From the NCBI GenBank assembly GCA_007376425.1, contig VMGG01000004.1, positions 1-55,441 of the forward strand: DNA of 55,441 nucleotides, in the 5' to 3' direction. Below are positions 29,379 through 39,050 of this stretch, in pieces (within the stretch, counting starts at the first letter, position 1; every line of letters starts with the position of its first letter). The notes beneath the pieces were generated by a model. It made no database searches, had not been told where the DNA came from, and saw only the letters and a list, made by a program, of their open reading frames with translations. The position numbers and the translations under genes are program-made. Origin of the DNA: Parcubacteria group bacterium Gr01-1014_2 (GTDB lineage: Bacteria; Patescibacteriota; Minisyncoccia; 2-02-FULL-40-12).

Positions 29379-30128
29379 TTATAGGGAGACCCCATTCTTA
29401 ATTTTTTTAATCCAGAAATCATGTTCCCATTCCCAAAGATTTCTACAAGCCAAGAAGGCTTTAATATCATTTTCAAAACTATCTAACTCTTTAAGTTCAA
29501 TATCGCCTAAAATCGGCCCCCAAGAATGTTGGCAATTATTGGCTCCGCCTCTAATTTTTATATTTCCGCCTTTTTCTCTTAATTTTGCCCCGCATTTTTG
29601 ACAGGTTTTAGCCTGATCAATCCGTAAGACCCAACGAGTGGTCGGAAAAATATTATTTTCTCTTACTGCTTCAACGTAAGCCGCGGTTTGCAATCCATAA
29701 TCGCGATAAATTGAATACGAAGTCTTAATATCCAAAATTCCAAGCCGGCCATTTAGTTTGCCGATGACATCAACTGTGCCGGCATACCAATGATTTTTAG
29801 AGACGACTCGTTCCTCAACTTTCATCGGAACGATTTCGTTTTTTTTCTTAAATTCCACAAAGGCGTCAATGGCTGGTTTAATAGAAAAGGGGATAGCCAC
29901 TGATTTTTCTCCCAATATTGCTTCAATTGTTTCATGGATTAGAGTCCCTTCATCAGCGGATCTTGATTTAATTGATTCAGCCATCGAAAAACTGCCTTGG
30001 TCAGCGTAAAACTTATAAAGAGCCGGCTTAGCCTTAATGGAGACGATAGAGGTGACTCGGGGATACCAAACGCCATCTATCTCATATCCAGTTTTTGCTT
30101 TGAAGTGTTTTAAATCAGCGTAGAACAT
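29379..30128 (-). CDS. PD-(D/E)XK nuclease-family protein with CxxC
   Basis: YPRVTSI, GTLIH, YAGTVD, ILDIKTS and LQTAAY motifs. Confidence 0.8.
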   Translation of the reverse strand: MFYADLKHFKAKTGYEIDGVWYPRVTSIVSIKAKPALYKFYADQGSFSMAESIKSRSADEGTLIHETIEAILGEKSVAIPFSIKPAIDAFVEFKKKNEIVPMKVEERVVSKNHWYAGTVDVIGKLNGRLGILDIKTSYSIYRDYGLQTAAYVEAVRENNIFPTTRWVLRIDQAKTCQKCGAKLREKGGNIKIRGGANNCQHSWGPILGDIELKELDSFENDIKAFLACRNLWEWEHDFWIKKIKNGVSL

Positions 30129-30224
30129 TAAAGATGTAGTTTAGCATTATTTTAACAACATCCAAATTTCTAATGTTGATAACAGGGGATTGACCCAAAG
30201 TAGTAGTACTCTATGATATATAAA

Positions 30225-30253
30225 GGTTCGCATAATTATACTTTATCGTATAA
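30225..30253. other. Candidate dif-like Xer recombination site
   Basis: GGTTCGCATAA-TTATACT-TTATCGTATAA immediately upstream of the Xer gene. Confidence 0.6.
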
Positions 30254-30312
30254 TCATGGACTTTGACTATATAATCAGCACTTCCCTTTTAATCAAGACT
30301 AAAATTGTATTC

Positions 30313-31269
30313 ATGGAAAAAAACCAAAAACCTATCCCCGCTCATATAAATAATTTTTTGGATTGGTTAGACATTGAAAAAGGGTTGTCGTCTAAATCCC
30401 AAGAAAGTTACTGTAGGTTTATAAAAAAGTTTTTAGATTGGTTAAAGGTACGTAAGCTGGAAAATTTAAAACCCCACGAGCTCTCCTCCGACCATATTTG
30501 GCAGTACAGAGTTTTTTTATCGCGCCACTCCTCTACTTCTAAAAAAATGCCGTTAAAAAAATCCACCCAAAATTATTATTTGATTGCTTTACGTTCTTTG
30601 CTTAATTATTTTGCCAACCGCGACATCTTATCTTTGCCGGCCGAAAAAATTAAATTGGCTCACGATAAAGATGAACGGCAAGTCAGGTTTCTGAATTTAG
30701 AAAAGTTAGAAAAACTATTTTCTGTCCCGGACATCAATAAGATTCAAGGATTAAGAGACCGGACGATATTTGAGGCATTTTTTTCTACCGGAATGCGTAT
30801 TTCCGAGCTTACTTCTTTAAATAAAGAACAGGTTAAAATTAGTCCCGGCATTAAAGAATTAGAATTAGCAATTACTGGCAAGGGTGGCCGAGTCAGAACA
30901 GTGTATTTCTCCGAGAGAGCGATTCACTGGCTCAAGAAGTATCTAGACACCAGAAAAGACAACGACAAGGCTTTATTTATCAATTATCGTTCTAAAAAAG
31001 GAGCTTCAAGGCGATTAACCCCGCGCTATATTGAAAAAATTATGAAAACTTATGTTATGTTGGCCGGGTTGCCTATTTTTACCACCCCTCATGTAATGAG
31101 ACATTCGTTTGCCACGGATTTATTAAGCCAAGGTGTGGATATAAGGACTCTTCAGGAGTTTTTGGGCCATAAAAACATTTCAGCAACCCAAATTTATACT
31201 CACGTGACTAATAAAAGATTAAGAGAAATCCATCGCAAATTTCACAGCGGTAGAAAGTTAACAATATAA
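30313..31269 (+). CDS. XerC/D-family tyrosine recombinase
   Basis: STGMRISEL, GKGGRVR, TPHVMRHSFAT and LGHKNISATQIYTH motifs. Confidence 0.93.
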   Translation: MEKNQKPIPAHINNFLDWLDIEKGLSSKSQESYCRFIKKFLDWLKVRKLENLKPHELSSDHIWQYRVFLSRHSSTSKKMPLKKSTQNYYLIALRSLLNYFANRDILSLPAEKIKLAHDKDERQVRFLNLEKLEKLFSVPDINKIQGLRDRTIFEAFFSTGMRISELTSLNKEQVKISPGIKELELAITGKGGRVRTVYFSERAIHWLKKYLDTRKDNDKALFINYRSKKGASRRLTPRYIEKIMKTYVMLAGLPIFTTPHVMRHSFATDLLSQGVDIRTLQEFLGHKNISATQIYTHVTNKRLREIHRKFHSGRKLTI

Positions 31270-31275
31270 GTTTAG

Positions 31276-32562
31276 CTAATCATTTCTTGTAAACATCACT
31301 AAGTCCTTGAAGAATAAAGAAAGCGCCTTACTAAGCGGTAAAATTCTTAAAAAGTATTTCAAGTCAACTAATTGCCTTAAGCAATAACCCCAAAAGCCGG
31401 CGATGTTCAGCCCTTTATAATGAAAGTAGGCCCACTTGCCCCCTGCTGGTGCTATCCAGGCATCATAAAATGGCTTATAAGGCCCCATTCTCTGGTTTTT
31501 AATGGTTCTAATAATGTTTTCAGCAGCGACATCAGCTTGATCGTGAGCCACATAAGCCATTGCCGGGACTGGTTTTTTGGTTTGAGGGTCAATTAAAGTT
31601 GCGCTGTCCCCTATCGCAAAAATATTCTTGTTACTTGTTTCATCTGAATTTTTTGTTTGTAAAAAGTCGTTAATTTCAATTGTCCCTCTTTTTGTCAGTT
31701 TTAATCCTAAATTTTCCAAAAGTCTTGAGCCACGGACTCCGCCAGTCCAAATTATTAAATCAAAACCGGTTAGCTCTCCTCCAGCTTTTGTTTTTATGGA
31801 GTCGGGCCCGACTTCTTCGACTTGGGAATTAAGCCGAATATTAACGCCGAGTTTTCTAAGCCTTTTTTCAATAGATTTTCTTTGTCTTACGTTTAGCACT
31901 GGCAGAATCGCCGGGCCGGCCTCAAACAACTGAATCTGGGTGCATTTTTTATCCAGACTGCAGGCCTTGACGATATTTTTTACGCAACAGGCAAGTTCTG
32001 CGGTCAGCTCCACTCCGGTAAATCCCCCACCAATAATCCCGATTTTAATCGGTTCTGCCCGGTTCTCTTTCTGGTAATTATCGTAAATTTCCCTGATTTT
32101 TTTAAAAATCCCGATGGCGTCGTCTATGGCTTTAAAATTAAAGGCATAATCTTGAACTCCGGGAATCCCGTAAAATTCAGTTTCCCCGCCAAGGGCAATA
32201 ATTAAATAATCAAAATCGAGTTTGTTTCCGGCGCCGGTATTTACAAACCTTTTCCTTAAGTTTACTTCTTTTATTTCTGTTTGGACAAAATCTATTTTTT
32301 TGTTTTCTAATGTTTCGCTAAGGGGTATCGCAACCGAGCCTCTTAAGTATTTCGCAAAACCATCTTCAATTAGCCCATAAACCGTGGCTACTTCGTAAAG
32401 TGACGGCATGAAAAGGTGAAAATTATTCCGATCAACCAAGGTAATTTTCCAGCCTGCGGCTGGTCCGCCGGAGGCGGAAAAGTTCCTTTTGAGTTTTTTC
32501 TCCAACTTTAAAGCAGCGCTAACTCCGCCAAAACCAGCCCCCAAGATAAGGATATTTGTCAT
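31276..32562 (-). CDS. ndh: Type II NADH dehydrogenase-like FAD oxidoreductase
   Basis: ILGAGFGG, IGGGFTGVE, IWTGG and FAIGD motifs. Confidence 0.85.
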   Translation of the reverse strand: MTNILILGAGFGGVSAALKLEKKLKRNFSASGGPAAGWKITLVDRNNFHLFMPSLYEVATVYGLIEDGFAKYLRGSVAIPLSETLENKKIDFVQTEIKEVNLRKRFVNTGAGNKLDFDYLIIALGGETEFYGIPGVQDYAFNFKAIDDAIGIFKKIREIYDNYQKENRAEPIKIGIIGGGFTGVELTAELACCVKNIVKACSLDKKCTQIQLFEAGPAILPVLNVRQRKSIEKRLRKLGVNIRLNSQVEEVGPDSIKTKAGGELTGFDLIIWTGGVRGSRLLENLGLKLTKRGTIEINDFLQTKNSDETSNKNIFAIGDSATLIDPQTKKPVPAMAYVAHDQADVAAENIIRTIKNQRMGPYKPFYDAWIAPAGGKWAYFHYKGLNIAGFWGYCLRQLVDLKYFLRILPLSKALSLFFKDLVMFTRND

Positions 32563-32564
32563 AT

Positions 32565-33881
32565 TCAGATATAATCCAAAGGATTTAAGCTTCCGTCAAA
32601 ATAGTTAAAATAAACTTGGCCTGTTTTCGGACCAATAAAAGTAAAAAATTCATGATACAAACTTAAATGCAGATGAGAACCAGTGACAAAGCCAGTTGCT
32701 CCTTCGTAGCCTATAACCGTATCTTGGTCAACTCTTTCTCCTGTCAGAACCAATGCTGGATCTCTCATGTGGCCGTAGACGCTGACTAAATCATTATCGT
32801 GTCTTATGGCGAGCCAATTGCCGCCGGCATTATTAAATCCTTTTGCTAAAACTACTCCTTGGCCGATTGATTTTATCTCTGAACCAGGCCCGCCAGTCAT
32901 ATCGATGCCATTATGAGGAGCGCCTCCGTAAGCTCCTCTTTTAGCAAAGCTAGTATATCCATATCCCTGGGTTATTATATAATCATCCAGAGGTATTTTA
33001 TAGAGCTTGGCTTTAGGCGGGACTGACGCGGCTTTTACCATGACTATGTAAATACCTTGTTTTCGGGCCTCTGTTTCAAATACTTGCAGTTCTTGATAAA
33101 ATTCGGCTTTTTTCTTTTCGACTTCAGTCAGAAGCTGTTGGAATTTTTGTTCCTGGCCTTTTGTTTTAACTAACAGGTCATTTTTAGTTAATTGAGTTGT
33201 TTCAGAAGCAATTTTTTGGTTTTGGCGCCTGGTGTTCAGGGTTACCATTTCCAGTTTCTTAGTTTCAGCCGCCTCTTTTCGGCTATCGAGTTCTTTTTTA
33301 AGTTCAATAAAACTCGTAAGGTTTAAGGCTAATTGCCCTTGCAGATTATTTATATGTTCGAGGTGACTAAAAAAGTCAGAAATTTTGGGATTGGCCAGGA
33401 GTATAAACGCAAAATCTTGTTTTTCGTTGTTGTCTAGCTGTCTTAATAGCTCTGAAATTGATTTTTTATTTTTATCTATTTTACTTTCGGTTTGAGCGAT
33501 TTCCACATTTAAATCTTTAATTTCAAGATTAGTCAGCTCTATTCTCCGGTTGGTGGTCAGTATATCAATTTGTAATTTGGCAATCCGGTTCTCTAAAATT
33601 GCCAATTCTTTTTTTAAAGTTGTGCCTTCGGCTTGTTTTTTAGTTATCTGTTTTTTGTATTCAGATGACTGTTTTTCGAGTTCCTGGATCTGCTGTCTTA
33701 TTTCAAGGATTTTATCGTCCCGATTTTGTTCAACGCTTTGCGTTGACAACAAAATCGAGGATCCTCGATACTCTGTATCGGGACTATTATTTTCTTGGGC
33801 AGAAACGATTAAACAATTGGCGAAAAAGTAAACCAGACCAAAAATATTAATTAAAAGCGATCGCTTTTTATTAATAGTCAT
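32565..33881 (-). CDS. Coiled-coil M23 peptidase (EnvC-like)
   Basis: HNGID, YGH and GSHLH motifs. Confidence 0.88.
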   Translation of the reverse strand: MTINKKRSLLINIFGLVYFFANCLIVSAQENNSPDTEYRGSSILLSTQSVEQNRDDKILEIRQQIQELEKQSSEYKKQITKKQAEGTTLKKELAILENRIAKLQIDILTTNRRIELTNLEIKDLNVEIAQTESKIDKNKKSISELLRQLDNNEKQDFAFILLANPKISDFFSHLEHINNLQGQLALNLTSFIELKKELDSRKEAAETKKLEMVTLNTRRQNQKIASETTQLTKNDLLVKTKGQEQKFQQLLTEVEKKKAEFYQELQVFETEARKQGIYIVMVKAASVPPKAKLYKIPLDDYIITQGYGYTSFAKRGAYGGAPHNGIDMTGGPGSEIKSIGQGVVLAKGFNNAGGNWLAIRHDNDLVSVYGHMRDPALVLTGERVDQDTVIGYEGATGFVTGSHLHLSLYHEFFTFIGPKTGQVYFNYFDGSLNPLDYI

Positions 33882-35455
33882 TCGATTATGGCTTTTTCTA
33901 TTCTTTTTAGAATAATTTCTTTTGGTAGAACCCCCAATAAATCAACCGGATCTGGCGAACCTTGCTTTCCGGTCAGAGCCACCCGTAACGGCCAATAAAC
34001 CGCTCCCCTGTCTCCATTAAATTTATCTTTGGCTAAATCATCTAATTTTTTTCTGATGTAATCTTTATCAAAAATTTCCCAGTCAATTGGTTCAAGAGTT
34101 TCTTTAACTAAAGTGAGCGCTTTTTTAGTATCCTCGCCGGGCATATTTTTTTTACCCGCCTGCTTGTCCGCCAAAGCTTTAGCGTCGGCGGAAGCTTTAG
34201 CGTAGGAGGGCCAATTTAAGAGTCCCCTATCGTATTTTGGCTCTCTGAAAAAGTAATCAAAATTTTTTATGTCAGATAACTTTTCCATTCTTTCTGTCAT
34301 AAGATGCTGGATTTTGTCCAAGTAGTCGTCTTTTACCCAGTTAAATTGTTGCTTCGCAACACCGCCTTTGGCGGATTTAACGGGGTGAATATCATTTACC
34401 CCAAGTTCTTTAATGATGAACGGCATGATTGCTGCCCTGAATTGTTCAGGCGGCAACTGATGGATATAATAGCCGCTCATCCAGTTTAGTTTTTTTATAT
34501 CAAAAACCGCTGGAGATTTTTGGACATTTTTTAAATCAAATGAAGAGATTAATTCGTCAATGTAATAAATATCTTCTGGCTTTTTGTTTTGATCGTTTGG
34601 ATTTTGGATTTTGGATTTTGGATTTTTATTTGGCCTCCATCCCAAAAGCGCCATAAAATTAACTAAAGCTTCGGTTAGATAACCATCTTCGCGGTATTCA
34701 CCGATTGCCGTGGCCCCGTGCCTTTTTGAAAGCTTTGTCCGGTCCGGCCCCAGAATCAAAGGCAGATGGGCGTACCAGAGCGGTTTAATTCCGAGCGCTT
34801 CTTGAATCAAAATCTGTTTTGGCGTATTTGAAATATGGTCTTCTCCTCTGATAACATGAGAGATTTTCGTTTCATGGTCATCAACTACTACGGCAAAATT
34901 ATATAACGGCGTGTCCAAATCTTTTGCCAAACTTAAGTCCCCTATCAATTTTTCCTGCCACTCAACTGTTCCGCGGATAATGTCGTTGAAATGAATAGTT
35001 CGTGTTGAATTCTCATTGACTTTCAGTCGGATTATGCCGTTTTTGTTTTGAAACTTGAAACTTGAAACTTGAAACTTGTGTTCGCAGACATGGCGCGGGG
35101 CTTCTTTTTTTTTCATTTGCTCTTTTTTTTCGGTTTCCAACTCCTCAACCGAGTGATAGCACCAAAACGCCTTGTCCTCGTCTAAAAGTTTCTGAAGGTG
35201 TTTTTTATAAATATCTAATCGTTCGCTTTGCCTGTAAAATTCATCCCATTCTAAATTAAGCCAATCCAAAGAATCTTTAATATCTTCTTCAAATTTTGGG
35301 CTTGAGCGTTCTAAGTCTGTGTCCTCAATTCTTAAAACAAAAATTCCGCCGTTTTTCCGGGCAAATAGCCAGTTAAAAAGCGCAGTCCGGGCAGTTCCGA
35401 TATGCAAAGGCCCGGTCGGCGAAGGCGCTATTCTGACTCTGATTTCGTTGGACAC
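33878..35455 (-). CDS. gltX: Glutamyl-tRNA synthetase with repeat-derived insertions
   Basis: APSPTG.LHIG, RIEDTD, IRGEDH and KLSKR motifs. Confidence 0.97.
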   Translation of the reverse strand: MSNEIRVRIAPSPTGPLHIGTARTALFNWLFARKNGGIFVLRIEDTDLERSSPKFEEDIKDSLDWLNLEWDEFYRQSERLDIYKKHLQKLLDEDKAFWCYHSVEELETEKKEQMKKKEAPRHVCEHKFQVSSFKFQNKNGIIRLKVNENSTRTIHFNDIIRGTVEWQEKLIGDLSLAKDLDTPLYNFAVVVDDHETKISHVIRGEDHISNTPKQILIQEALGIKPLWYAHLPLILGPDRTKLSKRHGATAIGEYREDGYLTEALVNFMALLGWRPNKNPKSKIQNPNDQNKKPEDIYYIDELISSFDLKNVQKSPAVFDIKKLNWMSGYYIHQLPPEQFRAAIMPFIIKELGVNDIHPVKSAKGGVAKQQFNWVKDDYLDKIQHLMTERMEKLSDIKNFDYFFREPKYDRGLLNWPSYAKASADAKALADKQAGKKNMPGEDTKKALTLVKETLEPIDWEIFDKDYIRKKLDDLAKDKFNGDRGAVYWPLRVALTGKQGSPDPVDLLGVLPKEIILKRIEKAIIE

Positions 35456-35579
35456 ATATAAATTTTAACTGAGTAAATTGATAAAGCCAACATTGACTAC
35501 TGGTATTAGCTATGTTAAGGTGCAAAAAATCAAGTCAATCTCGGCTTGATGAATTGGACCTTGAGATGGAGAATTACCG

Positions 35580-36560
35580 ATGCCAAAGACGTATCAGCCT
35601 GCTGGCGTCGGTATGACGCCAAGCAAAACTAAACTCGGAAAGTTCATCAGAGTTCGCCGACTTGAGCTCAATCTTCGGCAAGTTCCGCTGTCCAAATTGA
35701 TTGGTGTTGGTGGAAATAACATCGGCATGATTGAGACTGGAAAGCGGAAATATCTCAACGATTCCCAACTTGTCCGGCTTGCTAAAGCACTTCAGTGCGA
35801 CGTGGAGGAACTGCGCAAGCGCATGCCGGTCAAGCATATCGCACAACCGAATACGGAATTGGGGAAACTCATCCGTTCTCGGCGTGAAGAACTCGGTCTG
35901 ACGCTTAAAGGCTTTGCCAAAAAGATGAGGATGACCCCTCAACAGGCAAAGCGCTTGGAAGTTAAGAAAAGCCCTCAGATCACCTACTATTCCTTAGTTA
36001 CAAAACTGGCGAAAGTTCTGAATCTGGAGCCGTCAGCTCTAATCAGGTTTGTTCGTGGAGCTAGAAAGTCTACTGCCAGCGAACTCGGCCTGTTAATACG
36101 AAATCGCCGGAAAGAGCTGGTGATGAGTATTAGTCAGCTCGCTGGAAAACTGGACGTCAGCCGGCAGTATGTCAATCGCGTCGAGTTTGGGCAGTGTTCT
36201 TTGAGTGAGAACGATGACATGATTGAGCGGCTTGCCAAAGTTCTCAAACTCGATGTAAACAACCTGCAAGCTGTCAGACCAATAAGGAAGCGGATGGATA
36301 CTGTCAACCCCTTAGGCGAATTTCTGGCCGCGAAGCGATTGGAACTTCGTTTGACCCAGCGAGAGATCGCCGAACGTGTGGATATTCATTGCAACGCTGT
36401 CTCTCGTATCGAGAGAGGATGGTTCCATCCGAATCCCAACTTGCTCGACAAACTTGCCAAAGTGCTGGACTGTCAAGTCCCGCCGGAGCTAATTCCTCCG
36501 CCGCGAGAGCATGGCAACAGCCACAAGCCCCGCGGATCAGGAACTAGAACCTTCCAATGA
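35580..36560 (+). CDS. Multi-HTH XRE-family protein (four tandem HTH_3-like units), GC-richer cassette
   Basis: Repeated LGxxIRxRRxELxL/M...LAKxL units. Confidence 0.85.
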   Translation: MPKTYQPAGVGMTPSKTKLGKFIRVRRLELNLRQVPLSKLIGVGGNNIGMIETGKRKYLNDSQLVRLAKALQCDVEELRKRMPVKHIAQPNTELGKLIRSRREELGLTLKGFAKKMRMTPQQAKRLEVKKSPQITYYSLVTKLAKVLNLEPSALIRFVRGARKSTASELGLLIRNRRKELVMSISQLAGKLDVSRQYVNRVEFGQCSLSENDDMIERLAKVLKLDVNNLQAVRPIRKRMDTVNPLGEFLAAKRLELRLTQREIAERVDIHCNAVSRIERGWFHPNPNLLDKLAKVLDCQVPPELIPPPREHGNSHKPRGSGTRTFQ

Positions 36561-36576
36561 CTCGGCTCATTTCCAC

Positions 36577-36610
36577 GGGCCTGCACTTCTTCGGAGTTGC
36601 AGGCTCTTTT
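36577..36610 (+). terminator. Intrinsic terminator
   Basis: gggcctgca...tgcaggctc followed by tttt. Confidence 0.7.
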
Positions 36611-36685
36611 CATCGAATTAAAACTTTCCCAGGTTGTCTAAAATAACAATTTTGATATATATGGATAAGAATCCATATAATTATA

Positions 36686-37048
36686 ATGATTAGAGTATTT
36701 ACAGGGCCGACGAGAATCGGTAAAGAGTTACATAAAATCAAAGAAAGATTAGAAGGAGGAAAGTCCCGATCGCATTTTGCGATTGGGGATCCCCGATATC
36801 GCAAAGCGATATCGGGACCGGAACGCGGGATTCACGGACCAATGCACGCCTTAGCCAAAGAGATTTCAGAAACATTCGGCGAACCGAAAAAATTCGCCAT
36901 GTATCTCGGAATAATAAAGAATATCGGCTTAAGGAAAGCTTATTGGATATTTTCAAAAATAAAGCAGTCGAAAGACGTAAAAACGCCCGGGAAACTTTTT
37001 GTTTATGAATCTTCTTATCATAAAAAAGCCAAACGAGATACTAAGTAA
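36686..37048 (+). CDS. Hypothetical protein
   Basis: 120-aa ORF; C-terminal KTPGKLF motif; overlaps the def start. Confidence 0.65.
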   Translation: MIRVFTGPTRIGKELHKIKERLEGGKSRSHFAIGDPRYRKAISGPERGIHGPMHALAKEISETFGEPKKFAMYLGIIKNIGLRKAYWIFSKIKQSKDVKTPGKLFVYESSYHKKAKRDTK

Positions 37049-37505
37049 GAAACTCGAAAGCGTAAAGGAAATAACTCCTCAAATAAAGAAGCTTATTTTG
37101 AATATGAGGAAAGTTATGAAAGAAGCCAGTGGTGTTGGCTTAGCGGCTAATCAGGTCGGTCAAGATATGCAATTTTTTATTATTGATGAGAATTTAGCCA
37201 AAGAATACAGTGCGCCAAGCGTTTATATAAATCCCGAAGTTAAGTCCTACTCAAAAGACGAAGAAGAATTAGAAGAAGGGTGTTTAAGCATTCCGGAAAC
37301 TTGGCTCAAGATTAGAAGGTATAAGAAAGTGAAAGTTAAGACAGTGGATGAGACCGGGAAGAAGTTCAAGTTTATCGCTAAAGGAATTCTAGCTCGGGTT
37401 TTACAGGGCAGGACTTTTTCGGGAAACCGGCTATACCCCTCGCTTGAACTTTCATTTTTACAAAAAGAAAAAGGCGCACGGACCCGTAGGTCGTGCGCCT
37501 GGTGA
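37005..37505 (+). pseudogene. def: Peptide deformylase truncated immediately before the HExxH motif
   Basis: GVGLAANQ and EGCLS present; ARVLQ (to 37406) runs into repeat and terminator sequence instead of HExDH. Confidence 0.85.
37462..37500 (-). terminator. Intrinsic terminator of the cassette
   Basis: aggcgcacg...cgtgcgcct followed by ttttcttttt on the minus strand. Confidence 0.8.
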
Positions 37506-37532
37506 AACTTGACGAGAAAGGAGCCGACTGGA

Positions 37533-37856
37533 CTAGGAGGTGGCGGTTTCCACTTGTTCCTTGGCCTTTTTCTCTTCTTCTTTCTTCTCGGCTTCCTGCT
37601 TCTCTTCGAGAAGACCGACCGGGATGTTGAGTGTCTGGAGACTTTCCAGATCGCCCAGACCGACGACCAAATGTCCGTCCCAAGGACCCAGTACTCGTTC
37701 TTGCCAGGCCGCGAGGATTTCGTCGTGACCCTTCGGAATCTTGGTCTCGTTGATGAGCATTCCTAGGCACATCATGTCGCTGTATGAGGCGCAACGGATG
37801 GCTTCAACGATTGATTCGTGGAACGGACGCCGCTGCTTCGCTGACTGTTCTGTCAT
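37533..37856 (-). CDS. Hypothetical protein (GC-rich cassette cargo)
   Basis: 107 aa; SD aaggag; own promoter and terminator. Confidence 0.75.
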   Translation of the reverse strand: MTEQSAKQRRPFHESIVEAIRCASYSDMMCLGMLINETKIPKGHDEILAAWQERVLGPWDGHLVVGLGDLESLQTLNIPVGLLEEKQEAEKKEEEKKAKEQVETATS

Positions 37857-37904
37857 AAAAAGAGCTCCTTGAATATAGATTGGTCTTTCCCAACCTAATT
37901 TTGT

Positions 37905-37933
37905 ACTATATATCTATTAACTATTTCTGTCAA
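37905..37933 (-). promoter_or_regulatory. Sigma70 promoter of the cassette
   Basis: TTGACA-17-TATAGT. Confidence 0.75.
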
Positions 37934-37991
37934 CGGCGGATTTTTGAGTTAAGTTTTAATATAAAATAAGCCGCAAGCCTATTGTAAAATT

Positions 37992-38176
37992 AAGAAAGCC
38001 CGCAGGGTATTGTTGTTGAGGAACCTCATGAGCCGAGCCGTATAGAGAAAACATTCTTTGTAGCGAGGCGATTGAGGAGCGAGGGTTTATTCTGATAAAC
38101 ACTGCTGTCCAACCAATATAACTACCTCTTGCGAGGCCGAGCGTTTCCGAAACAATTATACCCGAGAGGCTTTCTT
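37992..38176 (-). repeat. Palindromic element family A, copy 5
   Basis: aagaaagcc/ggctttctt ends; conserved core; compensatory stem changes. Confidence 0.88.
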
Positions 38177-38199
38177 CTAAATATTTAGACTTAGCTATA

Positions 38200-39018
38200 A
38201 TGAAACTAATTTTCTTTGGCACATCTGACTTCTCAAGGCCGGTTTTTGAGGCTCTAAAAAAAAAGGGCCACTCCCCTATTTTGTGGAATTTAGAAAACTC
38301 TTTTCAAGATTTTAAAAATTTAAAGCCGGACATCTGCGTTGTCGCCGCTTATGGAAAAATCATTCCAAAAGAATGGCTTGAAGTTCCGAAATACGGATTT
38401 CTGAATGTTCATCCCTCGCTTTTACCAAAATACCGCGGTGCCTCCCCTATCCAAACAACAATTCTAAATGGCGATGCAGAAACTGGCGTCACGATAATCT
38501 TAATGGATGAGAAAGTAGACCATGGACCAATAATAGCAAAATCCAAAATCCAAATTTCAAAATCAAAAAATTACAGACAGTTAGAAAGAGAACTGGCTGA
38601 ACTAGGAGCCGAGTTACTTATTGAGATTTTACCGAAATGGACTAATGGCAAGATAAAACCAAAAGAACAAAATCACAGCGGAGCGACTTACACGAAAAAG
38701 TTTTCGTGGATAGACGGAAAAATAGATTGGTCAAAACCTGCTGTAGAAATTGACCGTCAAATTAGGGCTTTGAATCCCGAACCCGGAACGTGGACTTTAT
38801 GGAAAAGTAGAGTATTGAAGATTTTCAATGTCCAGACAGTAAAATCAAAACTTTCAGAAGCTCCTGGCCGGGTGATGAATATAGAAAACCAGATTTTAGT
38901 AAAATGCGGCTTAGATGTCCTGATTCTGAAAGAAATCCAACTCGAAGGGAGAAAGTTGCTCTCAATAAAAGATTTTATCAATGGGCATAAAGATTTTATC
39001 GGCTCCGAATTGACTTAA
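38200..39018 (+). CDS. fmt: Methionyl-tRNA formyltransferase
   Basis: FFGTSDF, NVHPSLLPKYRGASP and DHGPI motifs. Confidence 0.95.
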   Translation: MKLIFFGTSDFSRPVFEALKKKGHSPILWNLENSFQDFKNLKPDICVVAAYGKIIPKEWLEVPKYGFLNVHPSLLPKYRGASPIQTTILNGDAETGVTIILMDEKVDHGPIIAKSKIQISKSKNYRQLERELAELGAELLIEILPKWTNGKIKPKEQNHSGATYTKKFSWIDGKIDWSKPAVEIDRQIRALNPEPGTWTLWKSRVLKIFNVQTVKSKLSEAPGRVMNIENQILVKCGLDVLILKEIQLEGRKLLSIKDFINGHKDFIGSELT

Positions 39019-39050
39019 TACTACTTTCTACTTACTATTTACTAAATTCT

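Noticed and set aside
30313..31269. Integron integrase IntI
   Set aside because: No evident IntI-specific insertion between the catalytic boxes and no adjacent attC array; fits a chromosomal Xer
37956..38222. 88-aa ORF resembling the GT4 insert
   Set aside because: Similarity comes from translating a family A copy; no independent gene evidence
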